Assembly (NCBI GenBank): GCA_913041085.1
Contig: CAJWHN010000002.1
Location: 3,008 to 67,007, forward strand
Reading direction: 5' to 3'
DNA: 64,000 nucleotides
Source of the DNA: an uncultured Flavobacteriales bacterium
Lineage (GTDB): Bacteria; Bacteroidota; Bacteroidia; Flavobacteriales; UBA7312
The notes below the pieces were generated by a model. It was given only the letters and a program-made list of their open reading frames with translations. It had not been told where the DNA came from and made no database searches. Shown here one piece after another: positions 36,363 to 46,730 of the stretch; positions within the stretch are counted from its first letter, which is position 1; each line of letters begins with the position of its first letter. The position numbers and the translations under genes are program-made.

Positions 36363-37070
36363 ATGATTGATTACATAGAGGGGCACACTTTACTTATCAA
36401 TAAACCGTTGCGATGGACTTCTTTTGATGTAGTAAAAAAAATACGCAATACTCTCCGCACAGCTCTAAATATTAAAAAGATAAAAGTAGGTCATGCCGGC
36501 ACACTAGACCCTTTAGCCGATGGACTTCTCATAGTTTGTACCGGTAAATTCACCAAACGTATTAATGAATTTCAAGCTCAAGAGAAAGAATATACAGCCG
36601 AATTTACATTGGGTGCAACGACTCCCTCTTTTGATTTGGAAACAGAAGTCAATGAAACCTTCGATTACAATCATATTACCGAAGATATGCTCAAAACAAC
36701 TGCTGAATCATTGACAGGTAATATCTTGCAAACACCACCTATTTATTCAGCAATCAAACAGGATGGCAAACGCCTTTACGAACATGCCAGAAAAGGAGAA
36801 GATGTAAAAATAAAAGAGAAAATGGTTCATGTTTCAAAATTTGAAATAATAAAAGTAGAGATGCCAAAAGCCCATGTTAGAATTGTATGTAGCAAAGGGA
36901 CTTATATCCGTTCGTTAGCACAAACGTTTGGAAAAAACCTCAATAGCGGCGCACACTTGAGCCAACTAACAAGAATACGAATTGGAAAGTTTGAACTGAG
37001 TCAAGCAATTGACATTCAAGAGTTTATAGACTCTTTTTCTCTCACAAATAATCCAGCAACTGAACATTAA
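36363..37070 (+). CDS. truB: tRNA pseudouridine(55) synthase
   Basis: KVGHAGTLDPLADGLL catalytic Asp motif. Confidence 0.9.
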   Translation: MIDYIEGHTLLINKPLRWTSFDVVKKIRNTLRTALNIKKIKVGHAGTLDPLADGLLIVCTGKFTKRINEFQAQEKEYTAEFTLGATTPSFDLETEVNETFDYNHITEDMLKTTAESLTGNILQTPPIYSAIKQDGKRLYEHARKGEDVKIKEKMVHVSKFEIIKVEMPKAHVRIVCSKGTYIRSLAQTFGKNLNSGAHLSQLTRIRIGKFELSQAIDIQEFIDSFSLTNNPATEH

Positions 37071-37075
37071 TTTAG

Positions 37076-37083
37076 TATATTTG
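37076..37083 (+). promoter_or_regulatory. -7 box TATATTTG upstream of queA
   Basis: Exact TAnnTTTG 31 nt upstream of the ATG at 37115. Confidence 0.4.
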
Positions 37084-37114
37084 CGCACTTTTTTACTAAG
37101 AATACAAGAACATC

Positions 37115-38173
37115 ATGATAAAAAGAAAGCTCTCACAATTTAATTTTGAATTACCAGAAGAACTTTTAGCAGAAAGACCTGCTTACAACCGAGACGAATC
37201 TCGACTAATGGTAGTCAATAGAAAAACAGGTGAAATCGAACATAGACAATTTAAAGATTTGGTGGACTATTTCGGTGAAGGTGATGTTATGATATTCAAC
37301 GACACCAAAGTTTTTCCTGCTAGGATGTATGGCAACAAAGAAAAGACTGGTGCTAGAATAGAAGTCTTTTTATTAAGAGAATTAAATAAAGAAAATTTAT
37401 TGTGGGACGTTTTGGTAGACCCAGCACGTAAAATAAGAATTGGTAATAAGTTATACTTTGGAGAAGACGACAGTTTAGTGGCAGAAGTTATTGACAACAC
37501 CACTTCTCGAGGTAGAACCTTGCGTTTTCTTTACGATGGTAGTTATGAAGAGTTTAGAGAAAAACTTACTGAGCTAGGCGAAACACCATTACCAAAATAC
37601 ATCAAAAGAGAGCCAGACGCTGAAGATGAAGAACGCTATCAAACCATCTATGCTAAAACGGAAGGTGCTGTAGCTGCACCAACAGCAGGATTGCACTTCA
37701 GTCGTGAGCTCATGAAGCGATTAGAAATCAAAGGACTTGAGTTTGCTAACCTCACCCTACACATTGGACTAGGTACTTTTAGACCAGTAGAGGTAGAGGA
37801 TTTAAGTAAACACAAAATGGACTCTGAAGAAGTTATCATTAGCGAGGAAACGACAAATACCATTAATACAGGTATCAAAGAAAAAAGAAGAGTTTGTGCC
37901 ATTGGAACAACCTCTATGAGAGCTATTGAAACATCAGTAACTACTCAAGGGCTAATGACTCCTTTTACAGGCTGGACTAATAAATTCATTTATCCTCCTT
38001 ACGATTTCAATATTGCCAATTGCATGATTACCAACTTTCACACTCCAAAATCTACCTTATTGATGATGGTTAGTGCTTTTGGTGGTCACGATTTAATAAT
38101 GAACGCATACGAAGAAGCCATTAAAGAAAAATACAACTTCTTTACTTATGGTGATGCCATGCTGATATTATAA
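37115..38173 (+). CDS. queA: S-adenosylmethionine:tRNA ribosyltransferase-isomerase
   Basis: [18 protein letters not shown]...AAPTAGLHF...GTTSMRAIE motifs. Confidence 0.95.
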   Translation: MIKRKLSQFNFELPEELLAERPAYNRDESRLMVVNRKTGEIEHRQFKDLVDYFGEGDVMIFNDTKVFPARMYGNKEKTGARIEVFLLRELNKENLLWDVLVDPARKIRIGNKLYFGEDDSLVAEVIDNTTSRGRTLRFLYDGSYEEFREKLTELGETPLPKYIKREPDAEDEERYQTIYAKTEGAVAAPTAGLHFSRELMKRLEIKGLEFANLTLHIGLGTFRPVEVEDLSKHKMDSEEVIISEETTNTINTGIKEKRRVCAIGTTSMRAIETSVTTQGLMTPFTGWTNKFIYPPYDFNIANCMITNFHTPKSTLLMMVSAFGGHDLIMNAYEEAIKEKYNFFTYGDAMLIL

Positions 38174-38175
38174 CA

Positions 38176-38850
38176 GTGAAACAATATATTATCATAGTTG
38201 CTGGGGGTAGCGGAAGCCGAATGGGTTCTACTATCCCTAAGCAGTTTTTAGACCTCAACTCTAAGCCCATTTTGATGCATACCATTGAAAAAATGCACCA
38301 AAGTTTAGACCATTCTGAAATCATATTAGCACTACCCAAATCTGAGTTCGACACTTGGAAAAAACTTTGTCAAGAACACCAATTTAAAGTAAATCATCAA
38401 GTTGTTGAAGGTGGCAACACACGCTTTGAATCGGTTAGTAATGCTTTGAAAAAAGTTAATGAACAATCTGTCATTGCCGTACACGACGGCGTTCGTCCCT
38501 TAGTTAAAAATAGCGTGGTGAATGAATGTATGCAGAGAGCACAAGAGAAAGGAACTGCAATTCCAGTCATAGCTATTGAGGAAAGCTTAAGGCAAAAAAC
38601 CGATAGTGGAAGTGTTGTTGTTAATAGAGACGAATACCTTATTGTTCAAACACCTCAATGTTTTAGCAGTGAGGTCTTGCTAAAAGCCTACCAACAAGAC
38701 TATTCGCCTACATTTACTGATGACGCTTCAGTAGTAGAAGCTATGGGAATAGAGATACAACTTATTCAAGGCAATAAAGAAAACATCAAAATCACAACAC
38801 CAGAAGACTTAAAGAAAGCTCAGGTTTATATCAATTTAATGTCAGAATAA
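38176..38850 (+). CDS. ispD: 2-C-methyl-D-erythritol 4-phosphate cytidylyltransferase
   Basis: IIIVAGGSGSRMG...HDGVRPL motifs. GTG start. Confidence 0.9.
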   Translation: MKQYIIIVAGGSGSRMGSTIPKQFLDLNSKPILMHTIEKMHQSLDHSEIILALPKSEFDTWKKLCQEHQFKVNHQVVEGGNTRFESVSNALKKVNEQSVIAVHDGVRPLVKNSVVNECMQRAQEKGTAIPVIAIEESLRQKTDSGSVVVNRDEYLIVQTPQCFSSEVLLKAYQQDYSPTFTDDASVVEAMGIEIQLIQGNKENIKITTPEDLKKAQVYINLMSE

Positions 38851-39975
38851 CATTTTAACTTGGCTATCTGATGATAACTTACCATCTACTATATGATTGA
38901 TGTAATTGATGCCAGGCATTTTACCTTTTTGAAAAGTCCCTAAAGCATCAAGTCCAAGGTATTCAGCACCGTTTTTGCATGCCCATTCCATCAATAGTTC
39001 CAAAGAAACATGAGCTTGTATCGTTTTCATTTCTTCCAAAATAGATAGGGTATCGTTAGACGCTAAACTATCTGTTCCAATCGTCATTTTAGCTTTAGCA
39101 TCTACAAACTGTTGGTAGTTAGGCAATTGATTTTCTATATATAAATTGGCTTTGGGGCAGGTACACCAATAAAGCTTATCGAAATTAGATATGGCTTCTG
39201 ACATATCTTCTTCTTTGGTAAAGGTATTATGCACTAATAAAATAGGAGATTCTGGTAATAAAGGAAGGGTGCTTTGAAGTGCAGTCTTACCAGTGTACTT
39301 GAAAAAGTCTTTGGCAATAAGTTGTGACAACAATTGACCACTACCCTTCAAAAACATAGTGTCTTCCTCAGGCGTTTCTTGACTGTGTATACTGATAATT
39401 TCTCCCTTATTGTGATGTCTAATCTTTTCGAAAAGTGGTAAAGAAACGGAATAGTTGGCGTGAGGTGTCAAAGAGTTGGGTGTGCTACATTCTTGGCTTA
39501 GTTTCAGCCCTCGTTCAAATACTTCTTCAGCTTTATGGGGGTTAGATGCAAATAATTCGATGAAGGTATAATAGTAAATGGCACTATTAGCTTTTGTAGA
39601 AAAAGAATCTGCTGTATTACTAATGTCTGCTACAGCCACAATGCCATTATTATACATCTGTCTGTCTGCTAACTTTAAGGCATCGTCTTTTCGTCGCTGA
39701 CTAGCCTTTCTAATTTGACCTATAGAGTTAATAAAATGAGGTAATCCTGATTTTGGGGCTAACTCTCCCTGCAAGTGTGACAACTCTAAATGACAATGGG
39801 TATTGATAAATCCGGGACAAAGAGCACCTTTAAAATATTCTAAATTAGCATTATCTATCTGCTGTTTATCATCTAGTAAATCTACAATTCTTCCCTCATC
39901 GTCAACGACCAAAACACCATCGTAAATGGGACTAGAAAAAGCCGTAAAAATGATATCTGATGTTAAGTAGCGCAT
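38842..39975 (-). CDS. Amidohydrolase-family protein (chlorohydrolase/deaminase-like; substrate unknown)
   Basis: PGFINTHCHLELS metal-binding HxH motif, ...GTDSLASN... C-terminal Asp motif. Confidence 0.7.
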   Translation of the reverse strand: MRYLTSDIIFTAFSSPIYDGVLVVDDEGRIVDLLDDKQQIDNANLEYFKGALCPGFINTHCHLELSHLQGELAPKSGLPHFINSIGQIRKASQRRKDDALKLADRQMYNNGIVAVADISNTADSFSTKANSAIYYYTFIELFASNPHKAEEVFERGLKLSQECSTPNSLTPHANYSVSLPLFEKIRHHNKGEIISIHSQETPEEDTMFLKGSGQLLSQLIAKDFFKYTGKTALQSTLPLLPESPILLVHNTFTKEEDMSEAISNFDKLYWCTCPKANLYIENQLPNYQQFVDAKAKMTIGTDSLASNDTLSILEEMKTIQAHVSLELLMEWACKNGAEYLGLDALGTFQKGKMPGINYINHIVDGKLSSDSQVKMLF

Positions 39976-40011
39976 AGAGCGTACAAAGATAGTATCTTTG
40001 TACGCTCTATG
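39973..40011. promoter_or_regulatory. Perfect 39-bp palindrome (19-bp arms, 1-nt centre) ending in the two divergent start codons; contains back-to-back TATCTTTG -7 boxes
   Basis: CATAGAGCGTACAAAGATA-g-TATCTTTGTACGCTCTATG. I checked the reverse complement by hand and only the centre base differs. The -7 boxes are at 39984-39991 (minus) and 39993-40000 (plus), each 8 nt from its ATG. Confidence 0.85.
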
Positions 40012-41058
40012 TCTTTAGATAAAAAAAATATTCGCACACTTACCTTAGAAGAACTTATGGACTTTTTCAAAGAGAATGATATGCCCACTTTTCGGGCCAA
40101 ACAAGTATACGAATGGCTATGGAAAAAGTCGGTATCCTCCTTTGAAGAGATGCGTAATGTTTCCAAAGAAACCATTCAATTGTTAGATGAGCACTTTGTT
40201 ATTCTACACGCCAAAATTACAGAATCACAAAAAAGTGCTGACCGCACCATAAAATCTGCTTTTGGCCTTTACGACAATAATAATGTTGAAGGGGTTTTAA
40301 TCCCTACCAAAAGTAGAATGACAGCTTGTATATCTTCTCAAGTAGGCTGTAGTCTAACATGTAAATTTTGTGCTACTGGCAAATTAGATAGACTGAGGAA
40401 TTTACATGCTGATGAGATTTACGACCAAATATTTATGCTAAACGAACAAGCCCTAAGCAATTACAATCAAAAGCTGAGCAATATTGTTTATATGGGTATG
40501 GGCGAACCCCTATTAAACTATAGAAATGTTCTAGAGTCTATTGATAAAATCACCTCAACAGACGGACTTGGCATGTCGCCCAAACGTATTACGGTATCTA
40601 CTGCTGGTATCGCAAAGCTGATAAAAAAGCTAGGCGACGACGAAGTCAAATTTAATCTGGCACTTTCCCTACACGCTGCAAATGACAAGAAGCGTGACTA
40701 TATCATGCCTATAAACGAACAGAACTCCTTAGAAGCATTAAAAGAAGCCATTGTCTATTTTTATGAAAAAACACAAACAAGAATAACCTACGAATACATC
40801 ATTTTCAAGGACTTCAATGATGAAATTAGCGATGCCCAAGAGCTGGCTAGCTTTGCAAAAATTACGCCTTGTAAAATCAATATTATTGAATATAACCCTA
40901 TTGACGATGGCGAATTTCAACAAGCTAAAAGAGAAAAAGTATATGCTTTTGTTAGTTATCTAGAAAGTAAAAACCTAATTGTAAATGTTAGGAGAAGTCG
41001 AGGTAAAGACATAGACGCCGCTTGCGGACAACTTGCCAATAAACTCGTAAAATCCTAG
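40009..41058 (+). CDS. rlmN: 23S rRNA (adenine2503-C2)/tRNA methyltransferase, radical SAM
   Basis: FRAKQVYEWLW N-terminus and radical-SAM motif CSLTCKFCATG. Confidence 0.95.
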   Translation: MSLDKKNIRTLTLEELMDFFKENDMPTFRAKQVYEWLWKKSVSSFEEMRNVSKETIQLLDEHFVILHAKITESQKSADRTIKSAFGLYDNNNVEGVLIPTKSRMTACISSQVGCSLTCKFCATGKLDRLRNLHADEIYDQIFMLNEQALSNYNQKLSNIVYMGMGEPLLNYRNVLESIDKITSTDGLGMSPKRITVSTAGIAKLIKKLGDDEVKFNLALSLHAANDKKRDYIMPINEQNSLEALKEAIVYFYEKTQTRITYEYIIFKDFNDEISDAQELASFAKITPCKINIIEYNPIDDGEFQQAKREKVYAFVSYLESKNLIVNVRRSRGKDIDAACGQLANKLVKS

Positions 41059-41066
41059 TATCTTTG
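41059..41066 (+). promoter_or_regulatory. -7 box TATCTTTG upstream of ispB
   Basis: Exact TAnnTTTG immediately after the rlmN stop, 21 nt before the ATG at 41088. Confidence 0.4.
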
Positions 41067-41087
41067 TAATTCTTCTAAATACTGTAG

Positions 41088-42062
41088 ATGAACACCATAA
41101 AAGAGATTAAAAAACCCATTCAACAAGAGATGCTCTTGTTTGAAAAGAAGTTTAAAGACTCCTTAAATAGCAAGGTTCCTCTTTTAGATAAAATATTACA
41201 CTATATCGTAAAACGTAAGGGTAAACAAATGCGTCCTATGTTTGTTTTTCTTAGTGGCAAACTTTTTGGTGAAATCAACGAAAGCAGTTTCAGAGCGGCC
41301 TCACTAATTGAACTTTTACACACAGCCACATTGGTACACGACGACGTTATTGATGATGCCAATATGCGAAGAGGGTTTTTCTCTATTAATGCCCTTTGGA
41401 AAAATAAAATTGCAGTACTTGTTGGAGATTACCTCTTGTCTAAAGGCTTACTAATGTCTTTAGAAAATGAAGAATACGATTTACTACAAATTGTTTCTAA
41501 AGCAGTCAAAGAAATGAGTGAAGGAGAGCTTTTACAAATAGAAAAAGCCCGTAAACTTGACATCAAAGAAGACGTATATTTTGAAATTATCAGACAAAAA
41601 ACAGCAACACTTATTGCGGCTTGCTGTGCTTGTGGTGCTATCACTGCCAAACAAGATAAAGAAACCGTCGAGCGTATGCGAAAATTTGGTGAGCTTATAG
41701 GTATCGCTTTTCAAATGAAAGATGATCTGTTTGACTACTACAATGAAGATGTTATTGGCAAACCTACAGGTATTGACATCAAAGAACAAAAGATGACTTT
41801 ACCTCTTATTTATACCTTAAGAAATTGCGATAGAAAACAAAAGAAGTTCATTATTCAAACTGTAAAAAATCACAACACCAATAGTGAGCGTGTTTCTAAG
41901 GTTTTAGAAATAGTTAAAAAAAGTGGTGGGATAAACTATACGATTGAGAAAATGAAAACCTACCAAGAAGAAGCCTTGCGTTTGTTGAAAACTTTTGATG
42001 ACAATGAAAGCCGAAAGTCTTTAGAACTTTTAGTAAATTTCGTCATCGAAAGAAAGAAATGA
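41088..42062 (+). CDS. ispB: Polyprenyl diphosphate synthase (octaprenyl-type)
   Basis: LVHDDVIDD (first DDxxD) and FQMKDDLFD (second DDxxD). Confidence 0.85.
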   Translation: MNTIKEIKKPIQQEMLLFEKKFKDSLNSKVPLLDKILHYIVKRKGKQMRPMFVFLSGKLFGEINESSFRAASLIELLHTATLVHDDVIDDANMRRGFFSINALWKNKIAVLVGDYLLSKGLLMSLENEEYDLLQIVSKAVKEMSEGELLQIEKARKLDIKEDVYFEIIRQKTATLIAACCACGAITAKQDKETVERMRKFGELIGIAFQMKDDLFDYYNEDVIGKPTGIDIKEQKMTLPLIYTLRNCDRKQKKFIIQTVKNHNTNSERVSKVLEIVKKSGGINYTIEKMKTYQEEALRLLKTFDDNESRKSLELLVNFVIERKK

Positions 42063-43975
42063 TTCCAAAGGAAACCATAGATACCATTTTTGAAACAGCC
42101 CGAATAGAAGAGGTTGTTGGAGACTTTGTTACTCTTAAAAAAAGAGGTGCAAATATGCTCGGTAATTGCCCCTTTCATGATGAAAAAACACCTTCTTTTA
42201 CCGTTTCACCTACTAAAAATATTTACAAGTGTTTCGGTTGTGGTAAAGGAGGGCATGCCGTGAATTTCGTTATGGAAATTGATCAGCTATCCTATCCCGA
42301 GGCTCTCAAATATATCGCCAAAAAGTACAATATTGAAGTTCCAGAAGAGGAGCAAACTCCTGAGCAGATAGAAAAATCTAACCTAAGAGAAAGTTTATTT
42401 ATAGTCAATTCATTCGCCAATGATTACTTTCAGAATAACTTACACAAAACCGTAGAAGGTAAAGCTATAGGCTTAAGTTACTTTAAAGAAAGAGGTCTTT
42501 CGGAAGAAATGATAAATAAATTCCAGTTGGGCTACAATCCTGACAGCTGGGACGCTTTTACAAAATCTGCTCTAGAAGCATCTTATAAAAAAGAGTTTTT
42601 AGAAAAGACAGGGCTTAGTATTTTCAAAGAAGACAAGGCTTTTGATAGGTTTAAAGGACGAATTATTTTCCCTATTCATAGCATTTCAGGAAGAATACTC
42701 GGCTTTGGTGGACGAGCCTTAAAAAAAGAGGAAAAGGCAAAATACCTCAACTCTCCAGAAAGTGAGATTTATCATAAAGGACAAGTCTTGTATGGTATGT
42801 ACTTCTCCAAGTCTGCCATTGTAAAAAATGACAATTGCTTAATCGTTGAAGGCTATACAGATGTTATATCCATGCATCAATCGGGCATTAATAATGTAGT
42901 GGCATCATCTGGTACCGCTCTTGGCTCAGAACAAATAAAACTGATTGGTCGATATACCAAAAACATTACCCTTCTGTTCGACTCCGATAATGCAGGAATT
43001 AATGCTGCTACAAAAGCTATTGACCTAATACATGTCGAAAGTATGACCGTCAAAGTAGCACTTTTACCAGAAGGCGAAGACCCCGACAGCTATTCCAAAA
43101 AATTCGGAGGAGAAGGGTTGACTCAATTTATAAACGAAAATGCTCAAGACTTTGTAGAGTTTAAAATTAACTTACTGGACGAAAAAAGTAAAAACGACCC
43201 CATCAAAAAAGTAAATCTCATTAGTGAAATTATGCAATCGATTGCTAAAATTCCTGATGGTATTACACGGGAGGTTTACATTGACAAATGCAGTAAGCTA
43301 TTAGAAATTGGAAAACAAGAATTAGATAATAAAGTACATGAGCTAATTCATATAGGTAAAGCTGCTAAAAAAGTACAAAGAGAAGTTGTCAAAAAAGTAG
43401 AGGATACTTCTGCCCTAACAAAAAGTCCTACTAAGTCAGAATTTCAAGAAAAAGATGTTATTCGCTTTATGTTACAATATGGCGATTATCAGATAAAGCC
43501 TTACGACGAACAGGAAAAAAATATTGAAGAAGATAAAATATACATCACACAATATATCCTAATTGAGTTTAAAGACGAAAACCTTTTTTCAAACCCCAAT
43601 TACGCATTAATCTATAAAATATACGAAGAAGCTATAAGTCAAGGTACGCTGTTAACAGAAGAGTATTTTACTCAACACAAAGACCCCGTTATTTCTCAAG
43701 TTGCGGTTGATATCATTAGCAATCAACATTCCATAAGTGAGAAATGGAAAAAACACGGCATTTATACAGAAACTGAAGAAATGCAATTAAAAAAGGCGGT
43801 TGACACAGCTATTTACTCTCTTAAAATTGCCAAAATATCAGAACTCATAGAGACTAAAAACATAGAGTTATCTAAGGGAGACAATGACGATATAAACCTA
43901 CTTGTTGAAATCAACAATATGTTGAAAATAAAACGAGAAATTTCTGAAAAACTAGGTAGGATTGTCTTAAAGTAA
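42059..43975 (+). CDS. dnaG: DNA primase
   Basis: Zinc ribbon CPFHDEKTPSF...CFGCG. TOPRIM motif VEGYTDV...DSDNAG. Confidence 0.95.
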   Translation: MIPKETIDTIFETARIEEVVGDFVTLKKRGANMLGNCPFHDEKTPSFTVSPTKNIYKCFGCGKGGHAVNFVMEIDQLSYPEALKYIAKKYNIEVPEEEQTPEQIEKSNLRESLFIVNSFANDYFQNNLHKTVEGKAIGLSYFKERGLSEEMINKFQLGYNPDSWDAFTKSALEASYKKEFLEKTGLSIFKEDKAFDRFKGRIIFPIHSISGRILGFGGRALKKEEKAKYLNSPESEIYHKGQVLYGMYFSKSAIVKNDNCLIVEGYTDVISMHQSGINNVVASSGTALGSEQIKLIGRYTKNITLLFDSDNAGINAATKAIDLIHVESMTVKVALLPEGEDPDSYSKKFGGEGLTQFINENAQDFVEFKINLLDEKSKNDPIKKVNLISEIMQSIAKIPDGITREVYIDKCSKLLEIGKQELDNKVHELIHIGKAAKKVQREVVKKVEDTSALTKSPTKSEFQEKDVIRFMLQYGDYQIKPYDEQEKNIEEDKIYITQYILIEFKDENLFSNPNYALIYKIYEEAISQGTLLTEEYFTQHKDPVISQVAVDIISNQHSISEKWKKHGIYTETEEMQLKKAVDTAIYSLKIAKISELIETKNIELSKGDNDDINLLVEINNMLKIKREISEKLGRIVLK

Positions 43976-45670
43976 AGTGTTGTTCCTTATATCTTTAATT
44001 CTCAATTGTAGCTTAGAAGTACCATTCCACTCATTTAAATCCAAAACAAAACATACATCAAAAGCTTGCTTGTCCTTTATAGTATAAAAATAGTCAGACA
44101 TGCCAAAGCCTATACCGTCCAATGTCTTAGAATTATGGTTATCAGTAATGGCCAATTTGAGGTGATTTTTATCTTGACCTATTAAACGTCCTGAACCATT
44201 ATCAATGACTCCTTTTGTCATAAAAACAGGTCTGCTATTTGAAGGTCCAAAAGGAGCCATTTGTTCAATAATTCGATGCGTTTTCATAGTAATATCTTCC
44301 ATAGGTATTTCAAGGTCAATATTAATCTTTGGAATTTGCATCTCAGCAGTAATGGTAGTGCTTACCACTTCTTCAAAACGCTGAATAAAAGCAGGAAGGT
44401 TTTCTTTTTTTAAGGTTAATCCTGCGGCATATTTATGACCTCCAAACTGCTCTAATAATTCGGAACAAGCATGAATAGCGTTATAAACATCAAAACCACT
44501 TACCGAACGAGCTGAACCCGTTAATTTACCATTACTTTCAGTTAAAACAATCGTGGGTCTGTAATGTGTTTCTATAAGTCTTGACGCTACTATACCAACC
44601 ACACCCTTATGCCATTTTTCACTACAAACAACTGTTGAATTAGCATCTGGCACTATCATAGCTAAAGCCTCTTGTGTAATGCTTTTGTCTAGTTCTTTTC
44701 TAGTAAAGTTATGGTTGTCAATATAATCTGCTTTTTCTTTAGCTATAGAAAAGTCCTGTTGTACAAGTAATTCAACAGCCTTATTACCATGCTCTATTCT
44801 ACCCGCCGCATTGATTCTTGGAGCTAAGCCAAATACAACATCGGAAATGTTAAAGGTGTCTTTTCTATTGGCAACATCCATTAGAGCTTTTAATCCAATT
44901 CTTGGACTAGCATTAAGTTGTTGTAATCCATAAAAAGATAGCACTCGGTTTTCATCAATCATAGGAACAATATCAGCAGCTATACTAACCACTACTAAGT
45001 CTAAAAGTGGTACTAAATCTTCAAAGGGTAAATTGTATTGTTGATGATAAGCTTGTGCTAATTTAAATCCTACGCCACACCCACAAAGCTCTTTAAAAGG
45101 ATAATCGCAATCGCTTCTTTTAGGGTCTAAAACAGCTACAGCTAATGGTAAAGTATCTCCCGGTCTGTGATGGTCACAAATGATAAAATCAACGTCTATA
45201 TTTTTGGCGTAAGCCACTTTTTCAACTGCTTTAATTCCACAATCTAAGCACACAATTAATGAGAAATCATTACTTTTAGCATAGTCTATACCCTTATAAG
45301 AAACACCATAACCTTCATCATATCTATCAGGAATGTAATACTCTACATACTGACATTTTTCCTTTAAAAAAAGATACATCAATGAAACGGCAGTAGTTCC
45401 ATCTACGTCATAGTCGCCATAGACAAGAATCTTTTCATTACTGCTAATAGCCCTATGCAGACGCTCCACAGCTTTATCCATATCCTTCATCAAAAAAGGA
45501 TTGTAAAGGTCTGATAATTGTGGTCTAAAAAAATGTTTGGCATCCTCAAAAGTTTCTATCCCTCTTTGAGCAAGTAGAGTCGCAACAAGTTCTGAAACTC
45601 CTAGACTTTCTTGTAAAGCATATACAATATCCTTATCAGGCAAAGCTTTTAAAGTCCATAAATTTTCCAT
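43967..45670 (-). CDS. recJ: Single-stranded-DNA-specific exonuclease RecJ
   Basis: DHH motifs VYGDYDVDGTT, DCG, ICDHHRP, and DHHA1 GGHKYAAG. Confidence 0.95.
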   Translation of the reverse strand: MENLWTLKALPDKDIVYALQESLGVSELVATLLAQRGIETFEDAKHFFRPQLSDLYNPFLMKDMDKAVERLHRAISSNEKILVYGDYDVDGTTAVSLMYLFLKEKCQYVEYYIPDRYDEGYGVSYKGIDYAKSNDFSLIVCLDCGIKAVEKVAYAKNIDVDFIICDHHRPGDTLPLAVAVLDPKRSDCDYPFKELCGCGVGFKLAQAYHQQYNLPFEDLVPLLDLVVVSIAADIVPMIDENRVLSFYGLQQLNASPRIGLKALMDVANRKDTFNISDVVFGLAPRINAAGRIEHGNKAVELLVQQDFSIAKEKADYIDNHNFTRKELDKSITQEALAMIVPDANSTVVCSEKWHKGVVGIVASRLIETHYRPTIVLTESNGKLTGSARSVSGFDVYNAIHACSELLEQFGGHKYAAGLTLKKENLPAFIQRFEEVVSTTITAEMQIPKINIDLEIPMEDITMKTHRIIEQMAPFGPSNSRPVFMTKGVIDNGSGRLIGQDKNHLKLAITDNHNSKTLDGIGFGMSDYFYTIKDKQAFDVCFVLDLNEWNGTSKLQLRIKDIRNNTLL

Positions 45671-45671
45671 G

Positions 45672-46730
45672 TCACTTATTTAAAATATGAGTTTGAGTAA
45701 GGACAGAATGTTTGTGAATAAGCTCAAATAATTCGCCAACCATTTGAGGGTCTAAATTGGTATCATGCCCCCAATCTTTTCTAGATTTTAGTATTTCGAA
45801 CCAACGCTCTATCTGTAAGATGGTGACTGCATTTTCTTTTTTATAGCGACCTATATCTCTGACTATTTCGGTTCTTTGGCCTACAATATCGACTAACTTT
45901 TTATCAATAGCATCAATTTCTGTACGAAGATTGTTGAGTAATGTTCTGAACTCAGTATTGGCATTGGTGGAAGTTCTCAAAATTAGATTATCCAATAAAA
46001 CGCCTAATTCTTTGGGCGTAATTTGTTGTTGTGCATCGCTTAATGCAAAGCTTGGATTGTAGTGAGTTTCAATCATGAGTCCGTCCATATTCAAGTCCAT
46101 AGCTGTCTGCGAAACTTCGCTTAACATTTGTGGTGCTCCAGAAATATGGCTAGGGTCACAAATAATTGGGAGTTCAGGTACTAAACGCTTGAGTTTAATG
46201 GGGATTTCCCATTTTGGCTCATTCCTAAATGCTGATTTTTCTAAAGTGAAAAAGCCACGATGGATAGCCGATAATTGACTTACACCAACTTGATTTAGTC
46301 GCTCTATAGCACCCATCCATAAGCTCAACTCTGGATGTAACGGGTTTTTAATCATTACCTTTACATCAACTCCTCTTAAAGCCTCTGCTATTTCTTGAAC
46401 ATAAAAGGGGTTTACTGTGGTCCTTGCTCCGAGCCACAATACGTCTATATCCGCTTTTAAACATGCTTCCACATGCTGAGCATGTGCAACTTCTGTGGCT
46501 ACTTTCAATGGCGTTTCTTGCTTAACCACCTTTAACCATTCTAAAGCCTTTTGTCCTACGCCTTCGAATGAGTTAGGACGTGTACGGGGCTTCCACACAC
46601 CCGCCCTAAATATAGTTGCTTTATCTTCTAAGCCTTTTGCAGTAGCTAGTAGCTGCTCTTGACTTTCTGCACTACAAGGCCCAGCAATAATAAGTGGTTT
46701 AGTAAACTCTTGTTTTTTTATCTCTATCAT
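45672..46730 (-). CDS. Bifunctional 3-deoxy-7-phosphoheptulonate synthase / chorismate mutase
   Basis: N-terminal type-Ibeta DAHP synthase (IIAGPCSAES...CDPSH). C-terminal CM type II helix (LRTEIDAIDKKLVDIVGQRTEI). Confidence 0.85.
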   Translation of the reverse strand: MIEIKKQEFTKPLIIAGPCSAESQEQLLATAKGLEDKATIFRAGVWKPRTRPNSFEGVGQKALEWLKVVKQETPLKVATEVAHAQHVEACLKADIDVLWLGARTTVNPFYVQEIAEALRGVDVKVMIKNPLHPELSLWMGAIERLNQVGVSQLSAIHRGFFTLEKSAFRNEPKWEIPIKLKRLVPELPIICDPSHISGAPQMLSEVSQTAMDLNMDGLMIETHYNPSFALSDAQQQITPKELGVLLDNLILRTSTNANTEFRTLLNNLRTEIDAIDKKLVDIVGQRTEIVRDIGRYKKENAVTILQIERWFEILKSRKDWGHDTNLDPQMVGELFELIHKHSVLTQTHILNK

